A stretch of 64,000 bases of DNA from positions 224,001 through 288,000 of the forward strand of contig CAWAUM010000003.1 in NCBI GenBank assembly GCA_963785235.1, in the 5' to 3' direction. The notes beneath the pieces were generated by a model. The model saw only the letters and a list, made by a program, of their open reading frames with translations. It had not been told where the DNA came from and searched no databases. This document shows, piece after piece, positions 10,701 to 20,264 of the stretch. How positions within the stretch are numbered: the stretch's first letter is position 1; each line of letters starts with the position of its first letter. The translations under genes and the position numbers were made by a program. The DNA is from an uncultured delta proteobacterium (GTDB lineage Bacteria > Desulfobacterota > Desulfomonilia > UBA1062).

Positions 10701-12596
10701 GTGTACTGTCCGGACGCCTCGATTAACGGGGTTTTCATTGTAAACCATTGGAATCAGCGGATCGAAGGCACCATTGAAGACGGGTTTACAAGCCCCAGCA
10801 CGTATGGTCATTTTATAGCAGAGCACAAGGAGAGGATATCGGGCCGGGTTGTATCGGAGGGTTCGGGTGTTGAAGGAATTGTTGTTTCTCTCTCGAATGA
10901 GAATATGACCAGATGTGTCTCCTCTGATTCCCAGGGACGATATTTTTTCTATGCCCCTGCGGGCCGGTACACCCTTTCCTGTTCCGACAGGGGATATGTC
11001 CTTTCAACCCAAAACCAGCCTGTTGATGTTACTGATATTGGGGTATCCATACCGGATATAGAGGTGCTGCTGGGCGTAAGGATATGGGCCGAGCCTCATG
11101 CGATCATCAATGGCGGGTCTGCCGCAGTGCATTGGAACTCGGTCAAGGCCATGGGCGTCACCATCGACAACGGCATCGGAACTGTCAGTGCAAGCGGATC
11201 TCTTGCCGTTTCACCGTCTGAGACCACGACATATTCAATAACAGCAGCCGACGCCCAGGGCAGGACAGTTACGGAACATGTGACCATAACAGTGTATCAG
11301 CACCCCACAGTAAGCATTACCGCTGATCCGCAGGCAATCTCCAAGGGTCAGGAGGTAGCTGTATCATGGACGAGCGCCTATGCTGACACCGTAATCTTGG
11401 ACCGGATGGGCAGCAATGTAGAGGCATCGGGTTCCTTCACCGATGCCCCCCGGGAGACCACCACCTACACTGTCACAGCTACAGGCCCTGGCGGCACCGC
11501 AACCGCATCCGTCACGGTAACGGTATATGAACCTCCCGACATAACCATTTCCGCAGACCCATCCACCATTTATGCAGGCAGGTCTTCAACCCTTACCTGG
11601 GATTCTTCCAATGCCGATCATGTGAGCATAGACAATGGAATTGGAGATGCAGGTCCCAGCGGCACACTGACAGTAAACCCCGCGCAGACAACAACCTACA
11701 CCATCACCGCCACCGGACCGGGCGGGACTATAACAGATTCTGCAATGGTAACCGTAAACAGGGTCATCAACCTTACTATCGAATCACCTGTAGCTGGCGC
11801 ACCTGTAGACAGGCCTGATATCATGGTGAGAGGAACCGTAACGAATGCATATGGCTATGAAACAGGCATAACCGTTAATGGGATGCCCGCTGTTGTTTAT
11901 GGAAACCGGTTCTTTGTGAACCACGTGCCGCTTACAGATGGGGAAAACACCATAACCGTGCATGCTGTGGATACTCAGGGTAATACGCTCGACAGAACCA
12001 TCGTTGTCACTGCAGATATCAACCAGCCGTATATCACGCTCTCACCGGTTGATTCGTTCGGAATAGCACCCTTTGACACAACCCTCCGGGTCGATGCCGC
12101 CTTTACGGCAGACAGCCTGTCCTTCTCGGATAACAGCCAGGGCCAGGTCCAGTATCTCACAGGGACTGATGCGAACGAGCGTACGGCCAGCATAGCAAGC
12201 CCCGGCGTCTACTACATAACGGTCCAGGCGATTTACAGCGGCTATGCCTTCACGGATACAATCGGCATGGTGGTGTATGACAGGGGTGTACTTGATGCCA
12301 TGCTCCGCCAGAAATGGGAAGCCATGCGCACCGCGCTTTTTAATAACGATATCGAGGCTGCAGTGAGGGACATATCCGGCAGCACACAGAACGCCTATCG
12401 GGATATCTTCGGTTCACTCACCCCAGAGCACCGCGCCAACCTGTCAGCCGAGCTGGGGGATATCCAGCTCATCAAGATGCGCGGCGCCGGAGTCGAATAT
12501 GATATCCAGACTCTCCGGAACGGGGTCCGCAATTCCTTCTTCCTCCTCTTCGAGGTGGACGATAGAGATGGCAGGTGGAAGATCGCCAACTTCTAA
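7782..12596 (+). CDS. Giant exported multidomain surface protein (FN3-like, putative Ig, PKD, 7 Ig-like repeats, YVTN beta-propeller, carboxypeptidase-regulatory-like, Ig, C-terminal alpha/beta domain)
   Basis: RBS GAGGAGG before ATG 7782. Signal peptide ending [21 protein letters not shown] (He_PIG-like), [32 protein letters not shown] (PKD), seven [11 protein letters not shown]-type repeats, AVSPDG..VYV propeller blades, C-terminus ...DGRWKIANF. Confidence 0.85.
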   Translation: MNNTCSRSRSASSCVFKPASLLCRVLLFLILLNLAALHPTYNANACPPNPNEDVVFDKNLPLGSEIMLDSTLFHITGNPLFYEWCGPFSTTIEPGPLVFMPEGTHALSLFTYDGIQHLGPFTLYFTIDPEYSILPIGLKGKALVTWLPVVDAQQYRLYRATETDPSHFEKIALLPSSAITYTDPNLKEATYLYVLGALVNDKWTFSHIASAHPFACLPKLNYPPVIYSKPIIPATVGVPYTYNVLATDPLHDILTYRFLSAPSGMTIDPHTGLIEWTPPVLGDYEVIVKVKDLKGIYKLQTFIIEVNELPAFNSPPVAHAGGPYKADVGKAVLFDGSASYDPDGDALRYAWTFGDGSNGTDAFPSHSYATPGTYQVTLTVTDNKGKTASDSTTATVIQCIKPTVQFSTDPSAINPGDPCALIWTSQNATSVNIDHGIGAVGQSGTIIVHPQNTTTYTITATGPCGTACKSVTVMVNQPPAVSIATIPGSIMTGQTSQLSWTSTNAVTITIDQGIGQVIPNGSLFVSPSNTTTYTITATGPGGTATASATVTVLEPPHASISAQPQTIIEGETSTLTWLSDHADSASLDNGIGTIPANGSMTVSPADTTTYTITVQGPCGTATASANVTVIHRPTVTIAASSNPINAGDTTTLSWTTTNADSASIDQGIGDVGVNDFLEVDLDHTTTFTITATGPGGTATAGVTVEVLAPPAHRKAYAYFTNRDDNNVSVVDLETNTVITHIEVGYAPYGVAVSPDGDTVYVTSKENGISMIDAAANTLTGNIPVFVDTLAVSPDGKKLYGLSRDEETLMSIDIASGSILDSVEVGLAPHGIAVNNEGTRIYVSSLDDGTVRVIDALSMGVIATVVVTEPGDSVWDVEVSPCGSKVYAVSSASCKLTVIDGQTNSIIGSHFYLPELFVSPCYLAVSPDGQRIALSDVAQSPRTIYLIDSQSLEVLSQFYAQRPSDLSFTADGSFVYCPDASINGVFIVNHWNQRIEGTIEDGFTSPSTYGHFIAEHKERISGRVVSEGSGVEGIVVSLSNENMTRCVSSDSQGRYFFYAPAGRYTLSCSDRGYVLSTQNQPVDVTDIGVSIPDIEVLLGVRIWAEPHAIINGGSAAVHWNSVKAMGVTIDNGIGTVSASGSLAVSPSETTTYSITAADAQGRTVTEHVTITVYQHPTVSITADPQAISKGQEVAVSWTSAYADTVILDRMGSNVEASGSFTDAPRETTTYTVTATGPGGTATASVTVTVYEPPDITISADPSTIYAGRSSTLTWDSSNADHVSIDNGIGDAGPSGTLTVNPAQTTTYTITATGPGGTITDSAMVTVNRVINLTIESPVAGAPVDRPDIMVRGTVTNAYGYETGITVNGMPAVVYGNRFFVNHVPLTDGENTITVHAVDTQGNTLDRTIVVTADINQPYITLSPVDSFGIAPFDTTLRVDAAFTADSLSFSDNSQGQVQYLTGTDANERTASIASPGVYYITVQAIYSGYAFTDTIGMVVYDRGVLDAMLRQKWEAMRTALFNNDIEAAVRDISGSTQNAYRDIFGSLTPEHRANLSAELGDIQLIKMRGAGVEYDIQTLRNGVRNSFFLLFEVDDRDGRWKIANF
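8980..11760 (+). repeat. Seven ~78-aa Ig-like intragenic repeats (four before and three after the beta-propeller)
   Basis: Unit P..I..G....L.W.S.NA..V.ID.GIG.V...[25 protein letters not shown], repeated with divergence. Boundaries are approximate. Confidence 0.8.
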
Positions 12597-12613
12597 GAAA
12601 GGAGAACGTACGA

Positions 12614-13355
12614 ATGAAGATCATCAAGGGATGTAACACATTGATAGTGGCCTTGGCCTTTGTCCCTGCAGTGCTTTTCGGATTCGATCTGCCCGGGTAT
12701 GCGACGTTTCATGGCAAGATTATCGACGCAGACACGCTCAAGCCAATCGAGGGTGCCGTGGTGTGGGCCATATGGAATACGTGCCGTCCGGGGATAGGGA
12801 GCGGACCATCTTGTAATACAGGTATGGTAAAAGAAGTCCTTACGGATACCAACGGCGAGTGGCAAATTACCGGTCCGATAGGGAATGATGACCCTGGTTT
12901 TATTCGTTCGATTCTAGGCATCCTTGTTCCCTGGAATGGGTCTCCTCGAAATCAGATATTACAAACCCGGGTATTTTCCGATATTTTATGAGGCGCCAGG
13001 TATATGCGGTTTCTATGCATAGCGTATGTGGATAAGGCCAAGAATATTGAGGGTATTATTCTAAATCGGATAGACAGCAAGGAAGAGTGGAATATCAGAA
13101 ATAAGAGGATGGCTTGCTTACGCTTATCCCGGTCAAGGACCCGGAACGCAAGCTACATGAACTCGATTTTGATTTCAAATACCCCACAGTATGTCAAACG
13201 GGTACGCGATCGTATTGATAAAACATCTGTATAAAGTCATTGGCCTCAAGCAAGCTGTAACGCCGGAAGAGAAACGAGAGGCGAGAGGATTAGGTATCAA
13301 TGTTATCTATCCTGATGCAGATCAACCTTTATTAAGGAAAGCCCTTAAATATTAA
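12614..13355 (+). CDS. Small exported protein with an N-terminal carboxypeptidase-regulatory-like domain (frameshifted)
   Basis: RBS AAGGAG, signal-like N-terminus, GKIIDADTLKPIEGAVVWAIW...EVLTDTNGEW. It continues in other frames through YYKPGYFP to YKVIGLKQAVTPEEKREARG...PLLRKALKY* (TAA 13353-13355). Confidence 0.65.
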
Positions 13356-13409
13356 GATGATAACATGTGAAATGTGAGTGATATTGCAGATAGAGGAGGA
13401 GAACCGATA

Positions 13410-15667
13410 ATGTCCAGAAAAATTGCTAAGTATCATGTGCGTGGTCAGTCTTTTTGTTCTTATTGCTCCCAATATGGAATGCTGGGGTTATGAATAAGAA
13501 GAACATAAAGCAATTGATGATTGGATACTGGAGCATTCTGTTGGCGGGTTTGATTTCGATCAATATGTGCGAAACAATCTGGGTATAGATGGTGGGATGA
13601 AGGATAAAAGCCTGCCACGTGTAAAACACATCTCTTGGTTGACATTCATGGATTATAAATCTCCGCAAGAACTGATTGATCAGGGAGGGATGGAAGAGGA
13701 CAGCCCTGTTTGGCGTTGTGTAAATCACTTTCATGATCCTTTGAAGCCTTGGGATCAGGCTGCCTTGGATACGACTATAGCTGGTATTTCCAATGCTGAA
13801 TCATCCGTACTCTGGGCACAGAAGAATTTGGGCGAACAGTCCTGGTGGTACGGAGGCAATTACAGCTGGTATGATGCGCGGGATTACTTCCATAAGGCCC
13901 TCACCGGGACCGATGCGGATCAACGGAGCAGTGATCTATATTCCACCTTCCTGGCTGTTGGCCACCTCATGCACCTGATCCAGGACATCTCCTGCCCCGA
14001 ACATGTGCGGAATGATTCACATGGGGTCAATACAAGTGTGTATGAACAATTGCTGACACAATATCGTAGTGGAAAAGTCGATGGTAAAGAGCGGTTTTTT
14101 CCAAGATTTGCTGCAAAGAGGTCAGACCCACGACTACCCCTTCTTCAACGCACTCTCCCCTGCATCAATACTTAGCCTCGACACCCTTCCTGCAAATGCG
14201 CGGATTCCCATTGCCAGGATGGTGGATACGGACCGGTATACAGGCAGCAATCCTAATGTCACCCTGGATCCGTTGATCGGCCTGGCGGAATATACCAATG
14301 CGAACTTTCTCAGCCAGGGCAGGATCTTCGAAGGGTACGACTATCCCAGCGAATACACCAGTGTGACGAAAGAGCAGTACGTTCTGGCGGATCCAAGGAA
14401 CAACGGTGCAACTATAGAAAGAGAGTATCTGAAGAAGACCGGAGACGGTGCCACTGGATACAGGCTCTGTACGACATCGATTACCGGGGCATATCAACTT
14501 GATTTCACCGATCCGATAAAAATCTATAGGGTGAGTGGCCTTGATGACAATGTATTGGAAGACTATGCGGCGCAACTGGTGCCTCGTGGAGAAGCCTATT
14601 CCGCAGCGCTGCTCAGATATTTCTTCCGGGGCACCATGGAGATATCGCTGCCCGATGACGGTGTCTTTGCCTTCAGGGGTACCGAACCTGCCGACCCCAC
14701 AACCCAGGGTTTCAACAATGTGCGGTTGCTCGTTAAAAATACAGCAACCACCGGTGAGTTAATGCTGGGTGGCAATATCGATCTGGTCGTCCAGTACAGG
14801 TTCCTGACGGATAGAGATAACGCCGCCGATCCTGCATCGTGCGCAAAGGACCCGTTCAAAAGCGAGACCTATGGCGATCTTTCTCATTTTTATCACTCCA
14901 AGCCTCTGTACATCAAAAAACGTTATACAGAAAATACGAATGGTGAAATAATCAAACCCGGCATTCCGACCCTCCTGACGTTTGACCTCAGCGATGAGGA
15001 GATCCCCCTTTGGGCCGTGGATGTGAGATTCTATGTCGTATACAGAGGAAATCTTGGCAAAGTAGGAGAATATGTTGAACAAGACGCCGTGTGCGTAGGA
15101 TATAAAGACGTCTGCGAGCCTACACCGATTGGTTTCGCCAACAGCCTTGACATATTCTGTTATGATACTTCATGGTGGTATGATCTCAATAACGATGCAC
15201 AACTGAAAACACTCAGAGATACCTATAACAACAATCCCTGCATACAATCTATGGCTGTGGTTGATATGCTGAATCTGGATATCAGATTCTCACCAAAAGG
15301 AGTGACCCCTGCTGCAACGCCATTTTGTTCAATCAGTACAATCGGACCAGGTCAATATAAGAGGATGTACCTGATTACCGATTACGACGCTGCACTCTAT
15401 TATCACTCCAACTCATATGCTCAGAGTGACCATACTGTGCCTAATATTGGGCTGAGAAACGGCTTTGTGAACATAACCGATCAACTCACGTGGCATTTTG
15501 AGGCTCCCGGAAAGTACAGGGGGATCGATCTCGGGAGAGGGAGTTATCTGGTACATTCTTGCGCGAGCTGTCTCGAAGGTGATAACTGCACGGAATGCGA
15601 TGATGATGCAATCCCTGAAAACAAAAATCTTGTGCCTGCACCTGTGGATATCATTTTGACCCCTTAA
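13410..15667 (+). CDS. Secreted Zn-dependent phospholipase C/P1-nuclease-like protein with an uncharacterised C-terminal region (frameshifts plus one in-frame TAA)
   Basis: RBS GAGGAGG, ATG 13410. Signal peptide, then W-G-Y-E-(TAA)-E-E-H; EED...NHFHDP; GHLMHLIQDISCPEHVRNDSH...YE (PLC/P1 metal-ligand pattern). Joins ORFs 13567-14175 and 14069-15667 across a T6 run. Confidence 0.7.
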
Positions 15668-15860
15668 GAATCTCAAGAAGAAAAGTATGTATAAATATAA
15701 GGCGTGAAATAATATAATGAATAAGGAGGTTCTTCGCATATACGATCATCTATAGCCCATCTGCTGTATTGCATTGAAACGGATGGGTTATATCAGTAAT
15801 CGTGACCCGCGATGACGACCCGGCTTCAAAGACTGGAGGTTGACAACTATCGGAGGGAGG

Positions 15861-15921
15861 CAGGTCTTGTTTCTTGCTTATTGAGACATGCACGGTTTAT
15901 AAAAACAATAAGCAAGGCCTG
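15861..15921. repeat. REP/MITE-like palindromic element, family B (CAGGTCTTG...CAAG.CCTG)
   Basis: Imperfect inverted repeat caggtcttgtttcttgcttattg...caataagcaaggcctg. Homologous copy at 18751-18815; half-site CAAGACCTGACTC at 6200-6212. Confidence 0.65.
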
Positions 15922-16158
15922 TACACAGCTCCGCTCTGGTAGGGGCAGAGCAGAAGTGGGCGCAGTCCAGGAGATGTACGGAAATAGGCTGTGAAGACCG
16001 GATCACCGACAGGCCCGGCATGTTCTTCCATCGGGCTGTCGGGTTCACTGAGCCAGAGCGACATGTGGTGCTCCTGAAAAAAATAGAACGACAGCCGGCC
16101 GGATTATCCACCTTACAGCCACTGTGATATCCGCCGCCGGAAAAGGAGTGACGGCAGC

Positions 16159-17064
16159 ATGGAGAACGTCTGGATTGCCATGGGTCTTACCGTGTTTGCG
16201 GGCATGGCTACCGGTATCGGCAGCATCATTGCGTTTATGGCCAGGAGGACCAACTACCGCTTTCTATCGGTGGCAACAGGCTTCTCGGCAGGCGTAATGC
16301 TCTACGTTTCGTTTGTGGAGATTTTTTTCAAGGGCTTGGCCTCTCTGACTGAACAGTATGGTGATTACTTGGGTCACTGGGTCAATGCGGCATCGTTCTT
16401 CGGCGGCATGCTGGTGATCGGCATCATCGACAACCTAATCCCTGCATCAGATAACCCCCACGAGATCCGCGCCGAAGACGAGACCATGCCACTGCACAAT
16501 GCATCGGCTCCGCTGCCGTCCTTTGAACCGGCGACCGCGGGAATTGCGGCTCCATCGGCAGAGGGCATCCATACTCATGGAGGCCATGACCGGAAACTCA
16601 TGCGGATGGGCTTGTTCACGGCGCTCGCAATAGGCATCCACAATTTTCCGGAGGGTCTGGCAACGTTCCTGGCCGCACTGCAGGATCCAGGCCTCGGTGT
16701 TGCCATTGCCGTGGCGGTTGCATTGCACAACATCCCAGAAGGAATCAGCGTTTCCGTACCGATCTTCTATGCCACAGGAAACCGCAGGAAGGCCTTCGTG
16801 TATTCCCTGCTCAGCGGCTTGGCAGAACCCGTGGGTGCCGGAATCGCCTATCTGGCGCTCCGCTTCTTCGTGGGCGGCGATAACGGGTTGTTTCCGCCCC
16901 AGGTGATAGGAATACTCTTCGGCTGCGTAGCAGGCATAATGGTATATATCAGTCTGGATGAACTGCTTCCCACAAGCAGGGCCTATGGCAAGGGACATGA
17001 CAGCCTTCTCGGGCTGGTCGCGGGAATGCTGGTCATGGCCTTGAGCCTGCTGTTGATGAAATAG
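16159..17064 (+). CDS. zupT: ZIP-family zinc transporter
   Basis: [56 protein letters not shown]. Confidence 0.93.
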   Translation: MENVWIAMGLTVFAGMATGIGSIIAFMARRTNYRFLSVATGFSAGVMLYVSFVEIFFKGLASLTEQYGDYLGHWVNAASFFGGMLVIGIIDNLIPASDNPHEIRAEDETMPLHNASAPLPSFEPATAGIAAPSAEGIHTHGGHDRKLMRMGLFTALAIGIHNFPEGLATFLAALQDPGLGVAIAVAVALHNIPEGISVSVPIFYATGNRRKAFVYSLLSGLAEPVGAGIAYLALRFFVGGDNGLFPPQVIGILFGCVAGIMVYISLDELLPTSRAYGKGHDSLLGLVAGMLVMALSLLLMK

Positions 17065-17406
17065 CCTCTGTGAGGCTGTGCAACAGGAAAGACACGACCG
17101 CACTCAAGCCGTCGCATTAATGCATTCGTAAACCCTGTTCCACGCTTGCCTTTAAAAAAGATACTCGCCGTCCTTCCAACACATTGACCAACGCAACAGA
17201 AATATAATACGGCACTTTATTTTTTTTCATGATTCTTATCGGTCGGGATATTCATTCGATACAGGAAAGAAAAACCCGATTATCACAAAACATCTTGTGC
17301 CCCCTTGCATTGATATTTTCTCTGATTATTAGATAAGAGATATTCATCATGATATGGACTCCAAGGGACTTCACTCGAGACAAGAAAATGAAAGGAGGAC
17401 TGAAGA

Positions 17407-17955
17407 ATGAATACCCTAAATGTAAAGACGTCACTTGTTATAGCGCTGGTTGCAGGGATCCTTTTCGCAGGGGGCGCCTTCAGCCCTTCAGATGCAATGC
17501 CGGTCGAAGACACCGGGCAGGCTGCATTCAGGGCAATATACGACTTCGGCGCCGGTGTGGGTAATGAAACGGTGGAGCTCTCTTTATTCTCTTCCTTTCA
17601 AGGGCTTTATTATAGATACGGGACTGAAGTGTGGACAGAGGTTGCCTTATCAGGAGATCCAGGTTTTTACTCCGGCGAATTTTCTGTTCCCACGGGAAAT
17701 GACTTCAGCGAAGTCGTCTTTTTGAAAACAAACATCAACAACCTCCCGGCAATGATGATGTTCGAAGGTCCTGATGACCCCTTCTGGAATAGCCTGGTTG
17801 TTGATTTTGACCCAAGCGACACCCTGGAAGGTCTTGTATTAATAACACCCAGCGAGGGGGACCATGTGGCACCAGTCCCCATTCCTGCCTCTGTCTGGAT
17901 CTTGGGTTCGGGCCTGCTGGGATTAATAGGCCTCCGCAGGAGGTTTACACAGTAA
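17407..17955 (+). CDS. VPLPA-CTERM (PEP-CTERM variant) exosortase-target surface protein
   Basis: Signal peptide; C-terminal VPIPASVWILGSGLLGLIGLRRR (sorting motif, TM helix, basic tail). RBS AGGAGG. Confidence 0.9.
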   Translation: MNTLNVKTSLVIALVAGILFAGGAFSPSDAMPVEDTGQAAFRAIYDFGAGVGNETVELSLFSSFQGLYYRYGTEVWTEVALSGDPGFYSGEFSVPTGNDFSEVVFLKTNINNLPAMMMFEGPDDPFWNSLVVDFDPSDTLEGLVLITPSEGDHVAPVPIPASVWILGSGLLGLIGLRRRFTQ

Positions 17956-17962
17956 CTTGAGT

Positions 17963-18002
17963 ATTCAGGTTTGGTTTCTCTCAAACCCAACCTGAATCTT
18001 TT
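17963..18002 (+). terminator. Probable intrinsic terminator
   Basis: Hairpin ATTCAGGTT...AACCTGAAT followed by CTTTT directly after the VPLPA gene. Confidence 0.5.
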
Positions 18003-18144
18003 CAAATAAAACTCGCTCAACAGGTTCCGGCCTGGTGATTGAAAAATCTTCACAGGCCACCCACCGTGGTGGCTATGTCCCTTGCCTTCTGAAACTATCT
18101 TCCTAATATAACGTTAACGAGCACATCAAGAGAGGAGATCAAGC

Positions 18145-18381
18145 ATGACAAAATCGACAAAACTGGCGCTCTTCGGACATGGGAAATGCGGTTCTAAGTT
18201 CTTTACGTACCTGAACGACGATAAAATGTTCCAGTATAAAGGCACGTGTCCTAATCCCAGCTGCAATCATTATGTAGAGCTCTTACCCGAAGAACTCTAT
18301 ACTTCTACCGACAAGGCACGCCGGGATTACATCAAGAAAAAGTCTAACGGCGGGCGCGATGATATTTTCTGGCATATGTGA
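18145..18381 (+). CDS. Small hypothetical protein, possible Zn-ribbon
   Basis: RBS GAGGAG. HGKCG...CPNPSC pattern. Confidence 0.55.
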   Translation: MTKSTKLALFGHGKCGSKFFTYLNDDKMFQYKGTCPNPSCNHYVELLPEELYTSTDKARRDYIKKKSNGGRDDIFWHM

Positions 18382-18412
18382 AGGAGCAATCAAATGGAAC
18401 GGATGAATTACG

Positions 18413-18460
18413 GACGGGTTCATATTGCAAAAGCCAGGGTAATTTTAATGTGAACCCGTC
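18413..18460. repeat. REP-like inverted repeat, family A
   Basis: GACGGGTTCATATT ... AATGTGAACCCGTC arms around a ~20-nt spacer. Confidence 0.65.
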
Positions 18461-18513
18461 AGCGATTTCTCACCTATCCTAAAAAGTTGCCCGGTTCTGC
18501 AGGAGGTAATTAC

Positions 18514-18678
18514 ATGACCTTGATCATTTATCTCATCGGTTTTGCTTTTGTTATTGCGGGCATTGCGTGGGCACTTATTGTCGCAAAAGTGAGCATCGTT
18601 TATGTGATGATCGCTGTTGTCATACTTATCGGCGTCGGTATCTTGTCCGGCGTGACCCGTACCCGCACGAAAGACTGA
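18514..18678 (+). CDS. Small two-helix membrane protein
   Basis: RBS AGGAGGT, ATG 18514: MTLIIYLIGFAFVIAGIAWAL...VGILSGVTRTRTKD. Confidence 0.7.
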   Translation: MTLIIYLIGFAFVIAGIAWALIVAKVSIVYVMIAVVILIGVGILSGVTRTRTKD

Positions 18679-18750
18679 TCCGATATCATCGCCCCCCCTT
18701 TACAAAAGGTTTATTCTGATGACAACCAAACTCTTCTGGTGGATAATGTG

Positions 18751-18815
18751 GTCAGGTCTTGCTCTTGCTTATTGGGGCATAGAGAGTTTATAAAATCAAT
18801 ATAAGCAAGCCCCAG
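18751..18815. repeat. REP/MITE-like palindromic element, family B (second copy)
   Basis: gtcaggtcttgctcttgcttattg.g.cat...gtttataaaa.caat..aagcaag.cc aligns with 15861-15921. Confidence 0.65.
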
Positions 18816-18957
18816 GATCTTGTCGGGCTCTTACGCTCTGCAACTCAGCCGCTTTATTGACTTGACAAAGGGGTCACCTTATACCAAGCGTCCTTGTGTA
18901 GTTCTTTATCATGCAATCAGTTATATAAATTGAAGTATAGCCATACCCGAGAGGCAT

Positions 18958-20228
18958 TTGATGGAACAATCACAACGGGATCAATACGTAGAACTGAGCA
19001 AATTCGACAGGCTTATCACGAATCTCGCCATAAGCATGTTGGCAACAATCATCAACACTATCATCGTAACGGCGGTCCTGTGGAATGTCATCTCCCGTGG
19101 AAAACTGATCGCATGGTGTTCGGTCAATGTCTGCTATACCCTCAGTCGATACATCATCATTTACTATTATAAACGGCGTTTCAACAAGGCGCACCTTCCG
19201 GCATGGAAAATAGGCACGCTGGTTTCCTTCGCTATAGCCGGCATATTGTTTGGATCATCGGGAATATTTCTGACGGATCCATCCCAATTCGAATACGCCA
19301 TCTTCCTGTATTTCATCGCGGGCGGCATGGCAGTGGGCAGTGCCGGTTCCTACCACAACGATCTGCCGATCTATTTCGTCTATTCCAGTACGGTATTCTT
19401 GATTCCTACAGCGGGCATGTACCTTTTGAACATGGGAATTTCCTCACCCATGGTTGTCCTGGGCATGATTTTCTATGTCCTGGTTTCCGTTATGGCAATC
19501 CGGTTAAGCAACGACCTGCAGGAATCACTGCTCCTGCGTTACGACAACAATCAGCTTGTCCGCAGTCTGGAAGAAGAGAAAACACATACCGAACGGCTCA
19601 ATGCCCAACTCGTGGAAAAAAATTGGGCACTGACCGAGCTTTCCCTCGTGGATCCTCTGACCTCACTGAGAAACAGGCGTTATCTGTTTGACATAGTCAC
19701 GCCGGAAATCGAGGCGTTCGACAGGAATTACCGGCGGGAAATAAGCGGCCACAACAACAGAACCATGGATGCCCAGAAAGGCTACGGGGTCTTTATCGTT
19801 GATATAGATCATTTCAAGCAGGTAAACGACAATTACGGCCACGAGTCCGGAGACATGGTACTCGTTCAGTTTGCCAACAAGCTCAAGGAATCGGTCAGGA
19901 GAGATGACGTTGTCAGTCGCTTCGGCGGGGAAGAATTCATAGTCGTATTGAAAAAGTCGATGAAATCAATGCGGCCGGTATGGCCAAAAAGCTGCATGAC
20001 CACATACAAACCTCGACGTTTTCGGTAATAGACAACAGGCCCATCAGTCTGACCTGTTCCATCGGTTTTGTATTCTATCCGTTCCGTGAATGTGACGACC
20101 CGGGCATCACCTTTGAGAAATTGATTTCAATCGCCGACAGTGCCCTGTATTACGCCAAGTCTCATGGTAGGAATGCATCGGTAAAGGCGGTTGTCCATGG
20201 GCAAGGGTTAGACTTCACGCTGTTGTAG
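18958..20228 (+). CDS. Membrane-bound diguanylate cyclase (GGDEF), frameshift near 19951
   Basis: Multi-TM N-terminus, DPLTSLRNRR, DIDHFKQVNDNYGHESGD, RRDD I-site, GGEEF. The C-terminus (TCSIG...ADSALYYAKSHGRN) is in ORF 19980-20228, after an A5 run. Confidence 0.9.
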
Positions 20229-20264
20229 TCCTCAAAAGAAGTCAGGTGCCGGGTCTAAAAATGT

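Noticed and set aside
8980-11760. Repeats in the giant gene as a CRISPR array or a DGR template/variable repeat pair
   Set aside because: They are in-frame protein-domain repeats with synonymous divergence. There are no spacers, no adenine-specific pattern, and no cas or reverse transcriptase gene in the window.
13495-13497. In-frame stop as recoding (selenocysteine, pyrrolysine or an alternative code)
   Set aside because: The codon is TAA, not TGA or TAG, and TAA ends many normal genes here. An error or a nonsense mutation is more likely.
17291-17310. Sigma54 promoter before the VPLPA-CTERM gene
   Set aside because: TTGC is present, but there is no GG at the required distance.
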